DNA from: a bacterium
GTDB taxonomy: Bacteria; Bacillota; Clostridia; Christensenellales; UBA3700
Length of the DNA: 64,000 nucleotides
Direction: 5' to 3'
Assembly (NCBI GenBank): GCA_963592135.1
Contig: CAVAVP010000013.1
Coordinates: forward strand, 22,115-86,114
The position numbers were made by a program, and so were the translations under genes. Shown here in pieces: positions 29,353-39,833 of this stretch. Position 1 is the first letter of the stretch, and each line of letters opens with the position of its first letter. The notes under the pieces are model-generated. The model saw only the letters and a list, made by a program, of their open reading frames with translations. It had not been told where the DNA came from and ran no database searches.

Positions 29353-29886
29353 TTACTTAGATTCTTTAGTTGTATTTTTAACAAACTCTAGAATAGCTTT
29401 ATCAGCATTATCTCCTCTTCTTTCACCGTTTCTTAGAACTCTTGTATAACCACCTTTTTGTCCTAAAGATTCAGCTCTCTTAGCATAGAATGGAGCATAT
29501 TCTCTGAAAATCTTTTCAATTAAAGGATGCTTAGCATCTTTAGTTCTTTCGTTATAAGCAGACTTAGATTCACCATCATTCTTTGATTCTTGTAAATCTC
29601 TTAAGCTTCCCATTAACTTTCTTCTAACTGCTAGCTTCTTTGAACCATCATTAACAAACTCAACTTCAACGCTTTTTCCGTCTGTTGTTTTTACTGTTTT
29701 TTTAACTTTTACTACATCTTCATATGAATTAATAGCTGCTGTTAATAATCTTTCAGCATAAGCTTGAACTTCTTTAGCTCTTTCATAAGTTGTTTCGATA
29801 CGTCCATTCCAGAAAAGTTCAGAGGCTAAATTCTTTATGATGGCCATTCTAGCATCTGCTGTTCTTCCTAATTTTCTATTTGCCAT
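29353..29886 (-). CDS. rplQ: 50S ribosomal protein L17, long form with an internal insertion
   Basis: The protein starts MANRKLGRTADARMAIIKNLASELFWNGRIETTYERAKE and ends ...GGYTRVLRNGERRGDNADKAILEFV. It is 177 aa, against about 113-127 aa usually. Confidence 0.9.
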   Translation of the reverse strand: MANRKLGRTADARMAIIKNLASELFWNGRIETTYERAKEVQAYAERLLTAAINSYEDVVKVKKTVKTTDGKSVEVEFVNDGSKKLAVRRKLMGSLRDLQESKNDGESKSAYNERTKDAKHPLIEKIFREYAPFYAKRAESLGQKGGYTRVLRNGERRGDNADKAILEFVKNTTKESK

Positions 29887-29899
29887 AGTCTATAACCTC

Positions 29900-30868
29900 C
29901 TAGTCGATTTCTTTTGTTTTTAAAGAAAGATTCATTTTAGCAATTTTTTCAATAATTTCTTCTAATGACTTCTTTCCTAAGTTTCTTGATTTCATTAAAT
30001 CTTCAGCTGAATGCTCACATAGTTCTGGAATTGTATTTATATTCATTCTCTTTAAAACATTGTAAGCTCTAACACTTAAATCTAAATCTTCAATTGGTGA
30101 TACTTTAACTTCAACTTCCTTAACTTCACCAGTATTCATCTTAATAATATTGCTTGAATCAGATAACTCTGTAAATAATACAATATGTTGTTGCATTAAA
30201 TTTGCTGCTAAACTGATAATTTCTTTTGGTGTCTTTGTTCCGTTTGTTTCAACAGATATTGTTAATTTTTCATAAGACATATCTCCACCAACTCTAGCTT
30301 GCTCTACTTGATAACTTGCTGTTATAACTGGAGTAAATATTGAGTCGATTGAAATATATGCTGCATCTTGATTGAATTCGTTTGCTAGATTTTTCTTATG
30401 ATCACGAGCTGAAACATAACCTCTGCCTACGCCAATAATGATTTGCATATTTAAACTTGCATTATCATCAAGTGTACAAATATACATATCTGGATTAACA
30501 ATTTCAACATCTGAGTTACAATCAATATCTTTTGCTGTAACTACACCAGCTTCATGTTTATTGATATTACATACTGTAATGAAATTTTCATCAGATGTGT
30601 TTGCTTTAACCGCTAAACCCTTAATGTTTAAGATGATATCTGTAATATCTTCTTTAACACCAGGGATACAAGTAAACTCATGTGTAGCGCCTTCAATTTT
30701 AATACCAATTGCTGCTGCGCCTGGTAGTGTTCCTAAAAGGATTCTTCTTAAACTATTTCCTAGTGTAATACCGAAACCTCTTTCAAGTGGCTCAACTACG
30801 AAATCCATTTTTCTTTCATTACCATCTACTGGATTATATGTAATAACTGGTTGCTTAATCTCTATCAT
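29900..30868 (-). CDS. rpoA: DNA-directed RNA polymerase alpha subunit
   Basis: The 322-aa protein has [18 protein letters not shown] and the CTD motif [10 protein letters not shown]. Confidence 0.95.
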   Translation of the reverse strand: [322 protein letters not shown]

Positions 30869-30934
30869 GCGTTTTGTTCCTCCTAATTTTTATACTAGTT
30901 TTAACGACTTTTGTTTTTTAATTTAAAATTAGTA

Positions 30935-31558
30935 TTACTTAGAATATAACTCGACAATCATATGTTCTGCGATTGGTTGAGTGATATCTTCTCTTGTTGG
31001 CAATTCAACAACTTTTCCTGTTAAAGTAGCGTTGTCAAATTCAACCCACTTAACTAAACCGATAGCCTTTGCTTCCTTTACTGCCTTATAGTAAGCTTTG
31101 TCTTGCTTATTTTCTTTAACTGCAATAACATCACCCTTCTTTACTAAATATGAAGGAATATTTACTGTCTTACCATTAACAGTGATTGTAGCATGGTTAA
31201 CTAATTGTCTAGCTTGCTCTCTTGATGAAGCAATTCCCATTCTGAAAACAACATTATCCAATCTTCTCTCAAGAAGGATTAACATGTTTTCACCGGTGAT
31301 ACCACGCATATTTTCAGCTTTTGCAAAATAACCTCTAAATTGTTTTTCGCATAATCCATAAATTCTCTTTGCTTTTTGTTTTTCTCTTAATTGTGCAGCA
31401 TAATCTGAAGCTTTCTTCTTAGCAGCTCCATGTTGTCCTGGAGGTGTCAAACGTTTGTCAAAAGAACATTTCCCAGAAGTACATCTTTCGCCTTTTAAGA
31501 ATAATTTTGCTCCTTCACGTCTACATAAACGACATGCTGGTCCTGTATACTTAGCCAT
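30935..31558 (-). CDS. rpsD: 30S ribosomal protein S4
   Basis: The N-terminus is [26 protein letters not shown], and the protein is 207 aa. Confidence 0.95.
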   Translation of the reverse strand: MAKYTGPACRLCRREGAKLFLKGERCTSGKCSFDKRLTPPGQHGAAKKKASDYAAQLREKQKAKRIYGLCEKQFRGYFAKAENMRGITGENMLILLERRLDNVVFRMGIASSREQARQLVNHATITVNGKTVNIPSYLVKKGDVIAVKENKQDKAYYKAVKEAKAIGLVKWVEFDNATLTGKVVELPTREDITQPIAEHMIVELYSK

Positions 31559-31577
31559 TTTACCTTACCTCCTGAAA

Positions 31578-31979
31578 TTATAATCTTCTATGCTTTGGTG
31601 GACGACAACCATTGTGAGGAATTGGAGAAACGTCTTTAATCATTGTAACTTCCATACCTACAACTTGTAGAGCTCTGATAGCGCTTTCTCTTCCTTGTCC
31701 AGGACCGTTAACGAATACTTCTACTGTCTTCATTCCCATATCTGCTGCTGCCTTAGCTGCGTCTTCTGCAACGATTTGACCTGCAAAAGCAGATGATTTC
31801 TTAGATCCACGTAACTTTAACTTACCAGCGCTTGACCAGCTAACAGTGTTACCTTGTGTATCTGTAATTGTTACTATAGTGTTGTTGAAAGAGCTATGAA
31901 TATGAACTTGGCCCTTTTCAACACGACGCTTATTTGCATTGCGCTTTTTAGCTGTTGTGCTTGTTTTTGCTGTTGCCAT
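31578..31979 (-). CDS. rpsK: 30S ribosomal protein S11
   Basis: The protein contains [22 protein letters not shown] and ...[17 protein letters not shown]. Confidence 0.95.
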   Translation of the reverse strand: MATAKTSTTAKKRNANKRRVEKGQVHIHSSFNNTIVTITDTQGNTVSWSSAGKLKLRGSKKSSAFAGQIVAEDAAKAAADMGMKTVEVFVNGPGQGRESAIRALQVVGMEVTMIKDVSPIPHNGCRPPKHRRL

Positions 31980-31992
31980 AATTTAACTCCTC

Positions 31993-32364
31993 CTATTTCT
32001 TACTACGACTTACTGTCTTCTTTGGACCTTTACATGTACGAGCGTTTTGCTTTGTGCTTTGACCTCTTACTGGTAATCCCTTACGATGTCTAACGCCTCT
32101 GTAACATCCAATTTCTTGTAATCTCTTAATGTTTAACTTAACTTCACGTCTTAAATCACCTTCAACTAATATGTTATTAGCATCAATGTAAGAACGGATA
32201 GTATCAGCTTGCTCATCTGTCAAATCCTTAACTCTAATGTCTGGAGAAATTCCAGTATCAGCTAGGATCTTGTTAGATGTTTGTCTTCCAATACCATAAA
32301 TGTATGTAAGACCGATTTCTACTCTCTTTTCGCGTGGTAAATCCACTCCGGCAATACGAGCCAT
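31993..32364 (-). CDS. rpsM: 30S ribosomal protein S13
   Basis: The N-terminus is [26 protein letters not shown]. Confidence 0.95.
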   Translation of the reverse strand: MARIAGVDLPREKRVEIGLTYIYGIGRQTSNKILADTGISPDIRVKDLTDEQADTIRSYIDANNILVEGDLRREVKLNIKRLQEIGCYRGVRHRKGLPVRGQSTKQNARTCKGPKKTVSRSKK

Positions 32365-32516
32365 TTAACTACCTCCAATCTGTAATCAATTTTTATTTTT
32401 TAATTTAATATGCACTCATAATCAAGTTTTTTAATGATAGATTACCTGTAAAATTGGAATGAGATAATCCTTTGCCGCTATTAAAAAAGTCGATATTTGT
32501 CTATATTAACCAAAGT

Positions 32517-32545
32517 ATTATAGCATTAAAATATTATATTCGCAA
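32517..32545 (-). promoter_or_regulatory. Internal promoter for rpsM-rpsK-rpsD-rpoA-rplQ
   Basis: The minus strand reads TTGCGA, a 17-nt spacer (ending TGC), then TATAAT. This predicts a leader of roughly 145 nt before rpsM. Confidence 0.6.
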
Positions 32546-32581
32546 ACGTTTTAATGTTATTTTTCTATAAGGCGAAACAAC

Positions 32582-32607
32582 GACAATATGAGCTTTTTCA
32601 TATTGTC
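32582..32607 (-). terminator. Hairpin downstream of rpmJ, a possible partial terminator
   Basis: The 10-bp stem GACAATATGA/TCATATTGTC has a 6-nt loop. On the minus strand the trailing sequence GTTGTTTCG is only moderately U-rich. Confidence 0.4.
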
Positions 32608-32633
32608 ATTCTTTCTAGTTTTTATTTTCTATA

Positions 32634-32750
32634 TTAACCTTGAACTTGCTTATGCTTTTTGTATTTAGCACAGATAACCATTACCTTTCCGTTTCTTTTG
32701 ATTACCTTACATTTATCGCAAATAGGTTTAACTGATGGTCTAACTTTCAT
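32634..32750 (-). CDS. rpmJ: 50S ribosomal protein L36 (zinc-binding C+ form)
   Basis: My manual translation is [38 protein letters not shown] (38 aa). It is below the ORF-track size cutoff. Confidence 0.9.
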   Translation of the reverse strand: MKVRPSVKPICDKCKVIKRNGKVMVICAKYKKHKQVQG

Positions 32751-32762
32751 TATTCGATCCTC

Positions 32763-32984
32763 CTAATTTTTGTTTCTCCAAGTGATTCTTCCTTTTGTTA
32801 AATCATATGGACTAAGTTCAACTTTTACTGTATCTCCTTCTACAATTTTGATGAAATTTTTTCTAAGTTTACCAGATAAATAAGCTTTAATAATTGCATT
32901 GTTTGTCAATTTAACCTTAAATTCTGTGTTTGGTAGTACCTCTACTATTACTCCTTCTGCTTCAATAACATCTTCTTTAGACAT
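32763..32984 (-). CDS. infA: Translation initiation factor IF-1
   Basis: The sequence is [26 protein letters not shown]...GRITWR. Confidence 0.95.
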   Translation of the reverse strand: MSKEDVIEAEGVIVEVLPNTEFKVKLTNNAIIKAYLSGKLRKNFIKIVEGDTVKVELSPYDLTKGRITWRNKN

Positions 32985-33005
32985 CGATACCTCCTAAAAT
33001 TTTTA

Positions 33006-33803
33006 TTACATTAATTCTATGTTGTACAACTTCCCTAAGGTTTTTTTATCTTCCTCATTTAAAGATAATACCTCAACCCCATCTTCTCTAATCCAAATTG
33101 TATTTTCATAGTGAGCTGCAGGTTTATTATCCTGAGTTACAATTGTCCAACCATCTTCAAGTTGCCATACCTTCCATGTTCCTAAAGTTATCATGGGCTC
33201 TATGGCTATTGTCATATTTTCGCGTAGTCTAAACCCTCTTCCTGGGGTTCCATAGTTTGGAACGGATGGATCTTCATGCATTTCTCTTCCTATTCCATGT
33301 CCAACCAAATCTCTTACTACACCAAAACCAAATCCTTCTGTATATGATTGTATAGCATGTCCTAAATCACCTAATCTAACTCCAGCTTTTAAATCTCTTA
33401 TACCTTCAAAAAAACTTTGTTGTGTTACATCAACTAGTTTCTTAACTTCAGGAGCTACATTTCCAACTAAGAATGTTCTTGCTGCATCGCCTTGATATCC
33501 TTTATAGATGGTTCCACAATCAATTGAGATTATATCCCCTTCTTCTAGATGTCTTTTCTTTGATGGTATTCCGTGAACTACTTCTTCATTTATTGAAGCA
33601 CAAATAGATCCAGGAAAACCTTCAAATCCTAAAAAGGACGGTTCTGCATTATGTTTTTTTATAAAATCATATGCAAGTTTGTCTAATTCTTTTGTTGTTA
33701 CACCAGGCTTTACATGCTCTCCAAGCATCTCTAAACAATCTCTGTCAATTTGATTTGCTTTGCGCATTAAGTCAATTTCATCAATAGATTTAATTGTTAT
33801 CAT
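33006..33803 (-). CDS. map: Type I methionine aminopeptidase
   Basis: The 265-aa protein contains VVHGIP, DIISIDCG, GDAARTF and HGIGREMHE. Confidence 0.92.
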   Translation of the reverse strand: MITIKSIDEIDLMRKANQIDRDCLEMLGEHVKPGVTTKELDKLAYDFIKKHNAEPSFLGFEGFPGSICASINEEVVHGIPSKKRHLEEGDIISIDCGTIYKGYQGDAARTFLVGNVAPEVKKLVDVTQQSFFEGIRDLKAGVRLGDLGHAIQSYTEGFGFGVVRDLVGHGIGREMHEDPSVPNYGTPGRGFRLRENMTIAIEPMITLGTWKVWQLEDGWTIVTQDNKPAAHYENTIWIREDGVEVLSLNEEDKKTLGKLYNIELM

Positions 33804-34422
33804 TAATTACCTTTTCAATAGACGCTGTTACAACTTGAATATCTTGGCTTCCATCTACTGTATATAAAATATTTTTCTTATCATAATATTCAATAAGTGG
33901 AGCTGTTTGCTTATTATAGACTTCTAATCTTGCTTTTACTGTTTGAGGTTTATCATCATCTCTTTGATATAGTTTTCCACCACATTTTGCGCATATATCT
34001 TTGTTATATGTTGAGATATGATAACTTTCCCCGCAAGCACACATTCTCCTTCCTGCTATACGTTCAACAACCTCATCCTCATTAACTGCGATATTGATTG
34101 CCATTGTTACCTGCTCAAAAGTATCTAATGCTTTTGCTTGCTCGATTGTTCTTGGGAAGCCATCTAATAAATAACCTCCCTTACAATCTTCTTTAGATAG
34201 TCTATCTTTCATCAAGCCTATTACAACTTCATCAGGAACTAATTGACCTTTGTCTATAATAGCTTTTGCTTGTAGTCCTAATGGAGTTCCGGCTTTAATA
34301 TTCGCTCTTAATATATCTCCGGTTGAGATATGAGGAATATTATACTTTTCACATACTTTTGTAGCTTGTGTGCCCTTTCCTGCACCTGGAGCTCCTAAAA
34401 ACACTAAACCTAGTTTCTTCAT
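33790..34422 (-). CDS. adk: Adenylate kinase with a zinc-lid
   Basis: It has the P-loop GAPGAGKGTQ and the lid cysteines CACG...CAKCG. Confidence 0.95.
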   Translation of the reverse strand: MKKLGLVFLGAPGAGKGTQATKVCEKYNIPHISTGDILRANIKAGTPLGLQAKAIIDKGQLVPDEVVIGLMKDRLSKEDCKGGYLLDGFPRTIEQAKALDTFEQVTMAINIAVNEDEVVERIAGRRMCACGESYHISTYNKDICAKCGGKLYQRDDDKPQTVKARLEVYNKQTAPLIEYYDKKNILYTVDGSQDIQVVTASIEKVINDNN

Positions 34423-35747
34423 TATTTTAAGAATCCCTTGTAATGCTTTGCCATATATTGTGTTTCTAATTGCTTATCTAACTCTAATGCTACCGAAACG
34501 ACGATTAACATACCTGTTGCAGAGAATGCACTTGTTAAACCGATTTCACCACCAATTGCATTAAACACTAATGCTGGAATGATAGCAATGAAAGCTAAGA
34601 ATAAAGCACCAAATAATACAATACGATTATTAATTGTTGCTAAATAATCAGATGTAGCTTTTCCTGGTCTTACTCCTAAAATTGTTCCACCATATTGTTG
34701 AAGATTTCTTGCAACATCTTGTGGATTAAACTGAATTTGTGAATAGAAGTATGAAAAGAAAATTACAAAGATAAACATAAACAAGTAATAAACTATATTT
34801 CCTACCCAATAACCATTTGCCCAGTTACCTGATGCATATAAATATTTATAGTAGAATGTATAGAAACCTGATTGAGTATCTATGAAAGACACAATTATTT
34901 GTGGGAACATCATAAATGCTGAAGCAAAGATAATTGGCATAACACCACCACTCGTAATCTTTACTGGGATATATGTTGATTGTCCACCATACATCTTGTT
35001 TCCTTTTACTTGTTTAGCATAGTTTACTTTAATTCTTCTTTCACCAGCATCCATAAATACGATCAAAGCGAATAATAAAACTATAACTACTAAGTATCCG
35101 AAAATGTTCCATAAGTATGTGTAGTTTTCAGAAACTTGTTTAAATGCACTAATAAGTGATTGACCAAATGTTGCAACAATACCAATAAAGATGATTAATG
35201 ATGTTCCATTTGTAATTCCATATTCAGTAATTCTTTCACTTAACCACATAACTAAACAAGCACCCGCTGTAAGCATTATAATTACATACATTCCTGTGAA
35301 CCACTCTGTTTTTTCACCCATGAAAGTGTCTAAAATACCTGAGTTATGATAAGTAACAACTATACCAATACCTTGGATAATAGCTAATAAGATAGCAATA
35401 TATCTTGTAATCTTCGTAATCTTATTACGACCATCATCACCCTGTTTAGATAATCTATCTAGAGCCGGAATTACCAATGTTAACAATTGCATAATAATGT
35501 AACTGTTAATAAATGGTAATACACCTAGAGCGAAGAATGTACCATATTGTAATGATCCACCGCTCATTAAACTCATCAAACTTAACAAGGAATTGCTATC
35601 ACCAACAGCACTTGAAATAGTGCTATAGCTAATGCCTGGAATTGGAATATAGCAGCCGATTCTAAATACTAGCAATATAGCTAGCGAGAATAGCATCTTT
35701 CTTCTAATTTCCTTATCGCTAAAGGCATTAATTAATCTTTGCCACAT
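34422..35747 (-). CDS. secY: Preprotein translocase subunit SecY
   Basis: The 441-aa protein has 10 TM segments and sits at the conserved position after rplO. Confidence 0.95.
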   Translation of the reverse strand: MWQRLINAFSDKEIRRKMLFSLAILLVFRIGCYIPIPGISYSTISSAVGDSNSLLSLMSLMSGGSLQYGTFFALGVLPFINSYIIMQLLTLVIPALDRLSKQGDDGRNKITKITRYIAILLAIIQGIGIVVTYHNSGILDTFMGEKTEWFTGMYVIIMLTAGACLVMWLSERITEYGITNGTSLIIFIGIVATFGQSLISAFKQVSENYTYLWNIFGYLVVIVLLFALIVFMDAGERRIKVNYAKQVKGNKMYGGQSTYIPVKITSGGVMPIIFASAFMMFPQIIVSFIDTQSGFYTFYYKYLYASGNWANGYWVGNIVYYLFMFIFVIFFSYFYSQIQFNPQDVARNLQQYGGTILGVRPGKATSDYLATINNRIVLFGALFLAFIAIIPALVFNAIGGEIGLTSAFSATGMLIVVSVALELDKQLETQYMAKHYKGFLK

Positions 35748-36190
35748 TATAGTACCTCTACTGTGCCACCTGCTTTTTCAATTGCTTCAACAGCTGACTT
35801 CGTGAATTTATTAGCCTTAACAACTAACTTCTTTGTTAAAGTTCCTTTTCCTAAAACTTTAACACCGCAAGATTCAACCTTGCTGATAATTCCGTTATTT
35901 AATAATACTTCAGCTGTAACTTCAGTACCATTATCTAATTTTTCTAAATCACAAACGTTAACGATTGTATATACTTTAGCAAAATAATTTTTAAAACCAT
36001 GTTTTGGAAGGCGTCTTGTTAAAGGCATTTGTCCACCTTCGAATCCAGGTCTAACACCGCCGCCAGAACGAGCCCATTGACCCTTATGACCTTTACCTGA
36101 TGTTTTACCTAAACCAGAGCCGATACCTCTTCCTAATCTTCTTGCGCTTGTTTTTGCTCCAGCGCTTGGATGCATATTTTCTAACTTCAT
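35747..36190 (-). CDS. rplO: 50S ribosomal protein L15
   Basis: The protein contains [19 protein letters not shown]. Confidence 0.95.
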   Translation of the reverse strand: MKLENMHPSAGAKTSARRLGRGIGSGLGKTSGKGHKGQWARSGGGVRPGFEGGQMPLTRRLPKHGFKNYFAKVYTIVNVCDLEKLDNGTEVTAEVLLNNGIISKVESCGVKVLGKGTLTKKLVVKANKFTKSAVEAIEKAGGTVEVL

Positions 36191-36202
36191 ATGTCCTCCT
36201 AA

Positions 36203-36376
36203 TTATTCTTGTTCAACACTAACCATGTGTGAAACAACCTTGATCATGCCTTGAGAACATGCATTGTCAGGGATTTTATTGCTATCGCCAGGCTTATGTA
36301 AACCTAAAGCTGCTACTGTGTCTTTTTGTTTCTTTGTACAAGCAATTGTACTTTTCTTTAATGTAACTTTCAACAT
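36203..36376 (-). CDS. rpmD: 50S ribosomal protein L30
   Basis: My manual translation is MLKVTLKKSTIACTKKQKDTVAALGLHKPGDSNKIPDNACSQGMIKVVSHMVSVEQE (57 aa). It lies between rpsE and rplO and is absent from the ORF track. Confidence 0.85.
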   Translation of the reverse strand: MLKVTLKKSTIACTKKQKDTVAALGLHKPGDSNKIPDNACSQGMIKVVSHMVSVEQE

Positions 36377-36387
36377 TTTGCGCCTCC

Positions 36388-36900
36388 TTAAGCCTTAATT
36401 TCAACAACTGTTTTACCACGTAATGCTGCAATTTGTTCTGCTGTTCTTAATTTGCATAATCCGTCAAATGTTGCCTTAACACAGTTAATTGGGTTGTTTG
36501 AACCTAAAGACTTTGTACGAATATCTTTAACGCCGGCAACTTCTAGAATTAAACGAACTGGACCACCTGCGATAACTCCAGTACCTTCTGCAGCTGGAAT
36601 TAAAACAACTTTACCTGAACCGAACTCACCTTGAACTTCATGAGGAATAGTTGTACCAACTAAAGCAATCTTTGTCATGTTATTCTTAGCAGCAACTGTA
36701 GCTTTCTTAATAGCCTCTGGAACTTCTGCAGCTTTACCCATTCCGATACCTACAGAACCATTACCATCACCTACTACAATTAGAGCAGCAAACTTCATTT
36801 TTCTACCACCCTTAACAACCTTAGTCACTCTGTTGATATGAACTAATCTATTAAGTAATTCATTTTCTTCTTTTTGAAATTTATTTTCTCTTTTAGCCAT
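36388..36900 (-). CDS. rpsE: 30S ribosomal protein S5
   Basis: The protein contains [28 protein letters not shown]. Confidence 0.95.
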   Translation of the reverse strand: MAKRENKFQKEENELLNRLVHINRVTKVVKGGRKMKFAALIVVGDGNGSVGIGMGKAAEVPEAIKKATVAAKNNMTKIALVGTTIPHEVQGEFGSGKVVLIPAAEGTGVIAGGPVRLILEVAGVKDIRTKSLGSNNPINCVKATFDGLCKLRTAEQIAALRGKTVVEIKA

Positions 36901-36915
36901 TTTAAGAAACCCTCC

Positions 36916-37284
36916 TTAGAATTTTAGGCCAGCTTCTCTGGCACCATCAGCAACTGCCATTACACGACCTGTGTAAAGATAGCCACCTCTATCGAAAACA
37001 ACTTCTTCAATTCCTGCAGCTAAAGCTTTTTTAGCAGCTGTTTCGCCAACTAATTTAGCGGCGTCAGTTTTAGATAACTTAGCAACAGCCTTTACCATAT
37101 CTTTATCTACAGTTGAGCAAGAAACTAGAGTCTTAGCAGCAACATCATCAATAATTTGAACATAGATGTTAGCTGTAGATCTATAAACGTTGAAACGAGG
37201 TCTTTCAGCAGTACCTGAAATCTTATTTCTTACTCTTTGATGTCTTTTTTGTCTAACTTCATTTTTATTAATCTTAGTAATCAT
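36916..37284 (-). CDS. rplR: 50S ribosomal protein L18
   Basis: The protein contains [20 protein letters not shown] and ...[12 protein letters not shown]. Confidence 0.95.
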   Translation of the reverse strand: MITKINKNEVRQKRHQRVRNKISGTAERPRFNVYRSTANIYVQIIDDVAAKTLVSCSTVDKDMVKAVAKLSKTDAAKLVGETAAKKALAAGIEEVVFDRGGYLYTGRVMAVADGAREAGLKF

Positions 37285-37302
37285 AATACCTTATTTCACT
37301 CC

Positions 37303-37854
37303 TTATTTCTTCTTGCCGCCCTTCTTGCCTTCCTTACGAGCAACAACTTCACCCTTTAGAGTAACGCCGTATGCATGGTATGGATCTGGAACACGAAGTT
37401 TCTTTATATTAGCTGCTACTTGTCCTACTAATTCTTTATCTATACCCTTAACAGAAATTTCTGTAGCTGATGGACAATCATAAGTAATACCTGGAATAAC
37501 ATCTAATACGATTGGGTGTGAGTAACCAATATCTAACTTAACTGATTTACCTTCTTTAGCTACTTTGTAACCTACACCATTTACAACTAGAACTTTTTCA
37601 AAGCCTTTTGTTACACCTTCTACCATATTAGCAATTAATTTACGATATAAACCGTGCATTGCTTTGATATTTGCTTCATCATTCTTACGTGTAACAATAA
37701 CTTCACTTCCTTCAACTTTTACGACAATATCTGAACTTTCGATCTTTCTAGATAATTCACCTTTTGGACCTTTAACAGTTACTACATTGTCAGCTGAAAT
37801 CTTAACTTCAACGCCTGCTGGAATTTGAACAGGGATTCTACCAATTCTTGACAT
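37303..37854 (-). CDS. rplF: 50S ribosomal protein L6
   Basis: The N-terminus is MSRIGRIPVQIPAGVEVK. Confidence 0.95.
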   Translation of the reverse strand: MSRIGRIPVQIPAGVEVKISADNVVTVKGPKGELSRKIESSDIVVKVEGSEVIVTRKNDEANIKAMHGLYRKLIANMVEGVTKGFEKVLVVNGVGYKVAKEGKSVKLDIGYSHPIVLDVIPGITYDCPSATEISVKGIDKELVGQVAANIKKLRVPDPYHAYGVTLKGEVVARKEGKKGGKKK

Positions 37855-37874
37855 AATCTTCTATCCTCCTTCTA

Positions 37875-38255
37875 TTACCAAACGTAAGCTAATACTTCGC
37901 CGCCTACTTTAGCAGCCTTAGCTTGTTTATTTGTTAAAATACCTTTATTTGTAGATAGAATAGCAATTCCCATTCCACCTAAAACAACTGGCATTGTATC
38001 TACATTAGCATAAACTCTAAGACCTGGCTTAGAAATACGCTTAATACCTGAAATAACCTTTTCGTTTTTTGGGCCATACTTTAGTGTAACAACAATCTTA
38101 TTGTCTTCAACTTTATATGATTCAATAAAACCTTCTTCAACTAAAATTTTAGCAATTTCTGCTTTAATTTTTGAATTTGGTATTTCTACTTCTTCATGCT
38201 TTGCAGTTAAAGCATTACGAATACGAGTTAACATATCTGCAATTGGATCTGTCAT
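37875..38255 (-). CDS. rpsH: 30S ribosomal protein S8
   Basis: The N-terminus is [15 protein letters not shown]. Confidence 0.95.
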   Translation of the reverse strand: MTDPIADMLTRIRNALTAKHEEVEIPNSKIKAEIAKILVEEGFIESYKVEDNKIVVTLKYGPKNEKVISGIKRISKPGLRVYANVDTMPVVLGGMGIAILSTNKGILTNKQAKAAKVGGEVLAYVW

Positions 38256-38268
38256 TTTCTATCTCCTC

Positions 38269-38454
38269 CTACCAACTTGACTTCTTAACGCCAGGAATTT
38301 CGCCTTTATAAGCTAATTCTCTGAAGCAAATTCTGCAAATACCATATTTTTGTAGAACCGCATGAGGTCTTCCACAAATTTGGCATCTTGTATATGCTCT
38401 TGTTGAATACTTTGGAGTCTTTTGTTGCTTATTAATCATTGATTTTTTTGCCAT
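38269..38454 (-). CDS. rpsN: 30S ribosomal protein S14, type Z (zinc-binding)
   Basis: The 61-aa protein has [20 protein letters not shown]. Confidence 0.95.
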   Translation of the reverse strand: MAKKSMINKQQKTPKYSTRAYTRCQICGRPHAVLQKYGICRICFRELAYKGEIPGVKKSSW

Positions 38455-38469
38455 TTTTTTATCCTCCTA

Positions 38470-39036
38470 TTATTTAGCAAAAGGCATACCAAGTAGAGTT
38501 AATAACTCTTTAGCCTCTTCATCTGTCTTTGCTGTTGTAACGATACAAATATCAAATCCTCTTACTTTTTCAATCTTGTCGTATTGAATTTCAGGGAAGA
38601 TAATTTGTTCTTTAATACCTAAAGCATAACATCCACGTCCATCAAAAGAATTTGAAGAAACACCTTTGAAATCTCTAACACGTGGTAACGCTACTGAAAC
38701 TAACTTATCATAGAAATCAAGCATCTTCTTTCCACGTAAAGTTACTTTAGCACCAATAATCATGCCTTCTCTTACCTTGAATGTAGCAACGCTGTTCTTA
38801 GCTTTTGTCATAACAGGAGCTTGACCTGCGATTGCTTTTAATTCTTCAACAGCTAATTGTACGCTCTTGCTGTTATCTTTTATATCACCAAGTCTCATAT
38901 TTAAAACGATCTTTTCGATTTTTGGAACTTGATTAATATTCTTGTATCCGAACTTTTCCTTTAATGCAGGAACTGCTGTATTCTTATAAAGTTCAGCTGT
39001 TCTATAAATTCTATCTGCCACAGTTAATCCCTCCAT
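38470..39036 (-). CDS. rplE: 50S ribosomal protein L5
   Basis: The protein contains [16 protein letters not shown] and ...[18 protein letters not shown]. An alternative start is the GTG at 39021, which is preceded by GGAGGG. Confidence 0.92.
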   Translation of the reverse strand: MEGLTVADRIYRTAELYKNTAVPALKEKFGYKNINQVPKIEKIVLNMRLGDIKDNSKSVQLAVEELKAIAGQAPVMTKAKNSVATFKVREGMIIGAKVTLRGKKMLDFYDKLVSVALPRVRDFKGVSSNSFDGRGCYALGIKEQIIFPEIQYDKIEKVRGFDICIVTTAKTDEEAKELLTLLGMPFAK

Positions 39037-39446
39037 TATTCCTTATCAGCTGATTCAGCTTTCTTTTTAGCACTTGTCTTCTTTACAGCTTTTGTAGCCT
39101 TTTTAGCTGCTGAAGCTTTAACAGCATCTAAAGAAGCTCCACACTCTTTACAAGTTCTAACTTTCTTTCCGTCAACCATCTTGATTGCTATCTTGGTTGT
39201 CTTGTTACAAGATGGGCAAATAACCATTACGTTTGATCCATCAATAAATCTTTCTTTATCAACAATTCCACCCTTTTCTTGAGCATTACGTGGCTTTACA
39301 AAATGCTTAGCCATTGTTATACCTTCGCCTTGAACAGCAACTTTACCATTCTTTCTATCTACAGCGATAATTGTGCCTGCTTTACCTTTATCGTTACCTG
39401 CGATAATCTTAACAGCATCACCTTTCTTAACATTACTCATCTTCAT
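39036..39446 (-). CDS. rplX: 50S ribosomal protein L24 with a CxxC...CxxC insertion and a Lys/Ala-rich tail
   Basis: The KOW motif [21 protein letters not shown] is present. The C-terminal hairpin reads [31 protein letters not shown]. The protein is 136 aa, against about 103 aa usually. Confidence 0.9.
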   Translation of the reverse strand: MKMSNVKKGDAVKIIAGNDKGKAGTIIAVDRKNGKVAVQGEGITMAKHFVKPRNAQEKGGIVDKERFIDGSNVMVICPSCNKTTKIAIKMVDGKKVRTCKECGASLDAVKASAAKKATKAVKKTSAKKKAESADKE

Positions 39447-39452
39447 GTCCTC

Positions 39453-39821
39453 CTATAATACTTCTGGAGCTAGAGAAATGATTTTCATATAATCTTTATC
39501 TCTAAGTTCTCTTGCGATAGGCCCAAAAATACGAGTTCCTTTTGGTTGCTTTTGACTATCGATAATAACAGCAGCATTGTCGTCAAATCTGATATAAGAA
39601 CCATCTGGTCTATTAACACCATATGTAGTTCTTACGATTACAGCCTTAACAACATCGCCTTTCTTAACAACACCGCCTGGGATAGCAGATTCTACAGCAG
39701 CAACAATAACGTCACCGATATTACCACTCTTTCTGTAAGAACCACCCATTACTCTGATACATTTTAATTCTTTTGCACCAGAATTATCTGCAACAACTAG
39801 TCTTGATTCTGCTTGTATCAT
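39453..39821 (-). CDS. rplN: 50S ribosomal protein L14
   Basis: The N-terminus is [24 protein letters not shown]. Confidence 0.95.
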   Translation of the reverse strand: MIQAESRLVVADNSGAKELKCIRVMGGSYRKSGNIGDVIVAAVESAIPGGVVKKGDVVKAVIVRTTYGVNRPDGSYIRFDDNAAVIIDSQKQPKGTRIFGPIARELRDKDYMKIISLAPEVL

Positions 39822-39833
39822 TGTATGTTCCTC

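Noticed and set aside
30438-30926. Long plus-strand ORFs antisense to core genes. These are 30438..30926 within rpoA, 41516..41881 and 41728..42000 within rplV/rpsS, 42140..42463 within rplB, 18108..18584 within the PH-like gene, and similar shorter ones.
   Set aside because: They fully overlap strongly supported conserved genes on the other strand. Their low-complexity translations are typical of antisense frames, and they lack SD sequences.
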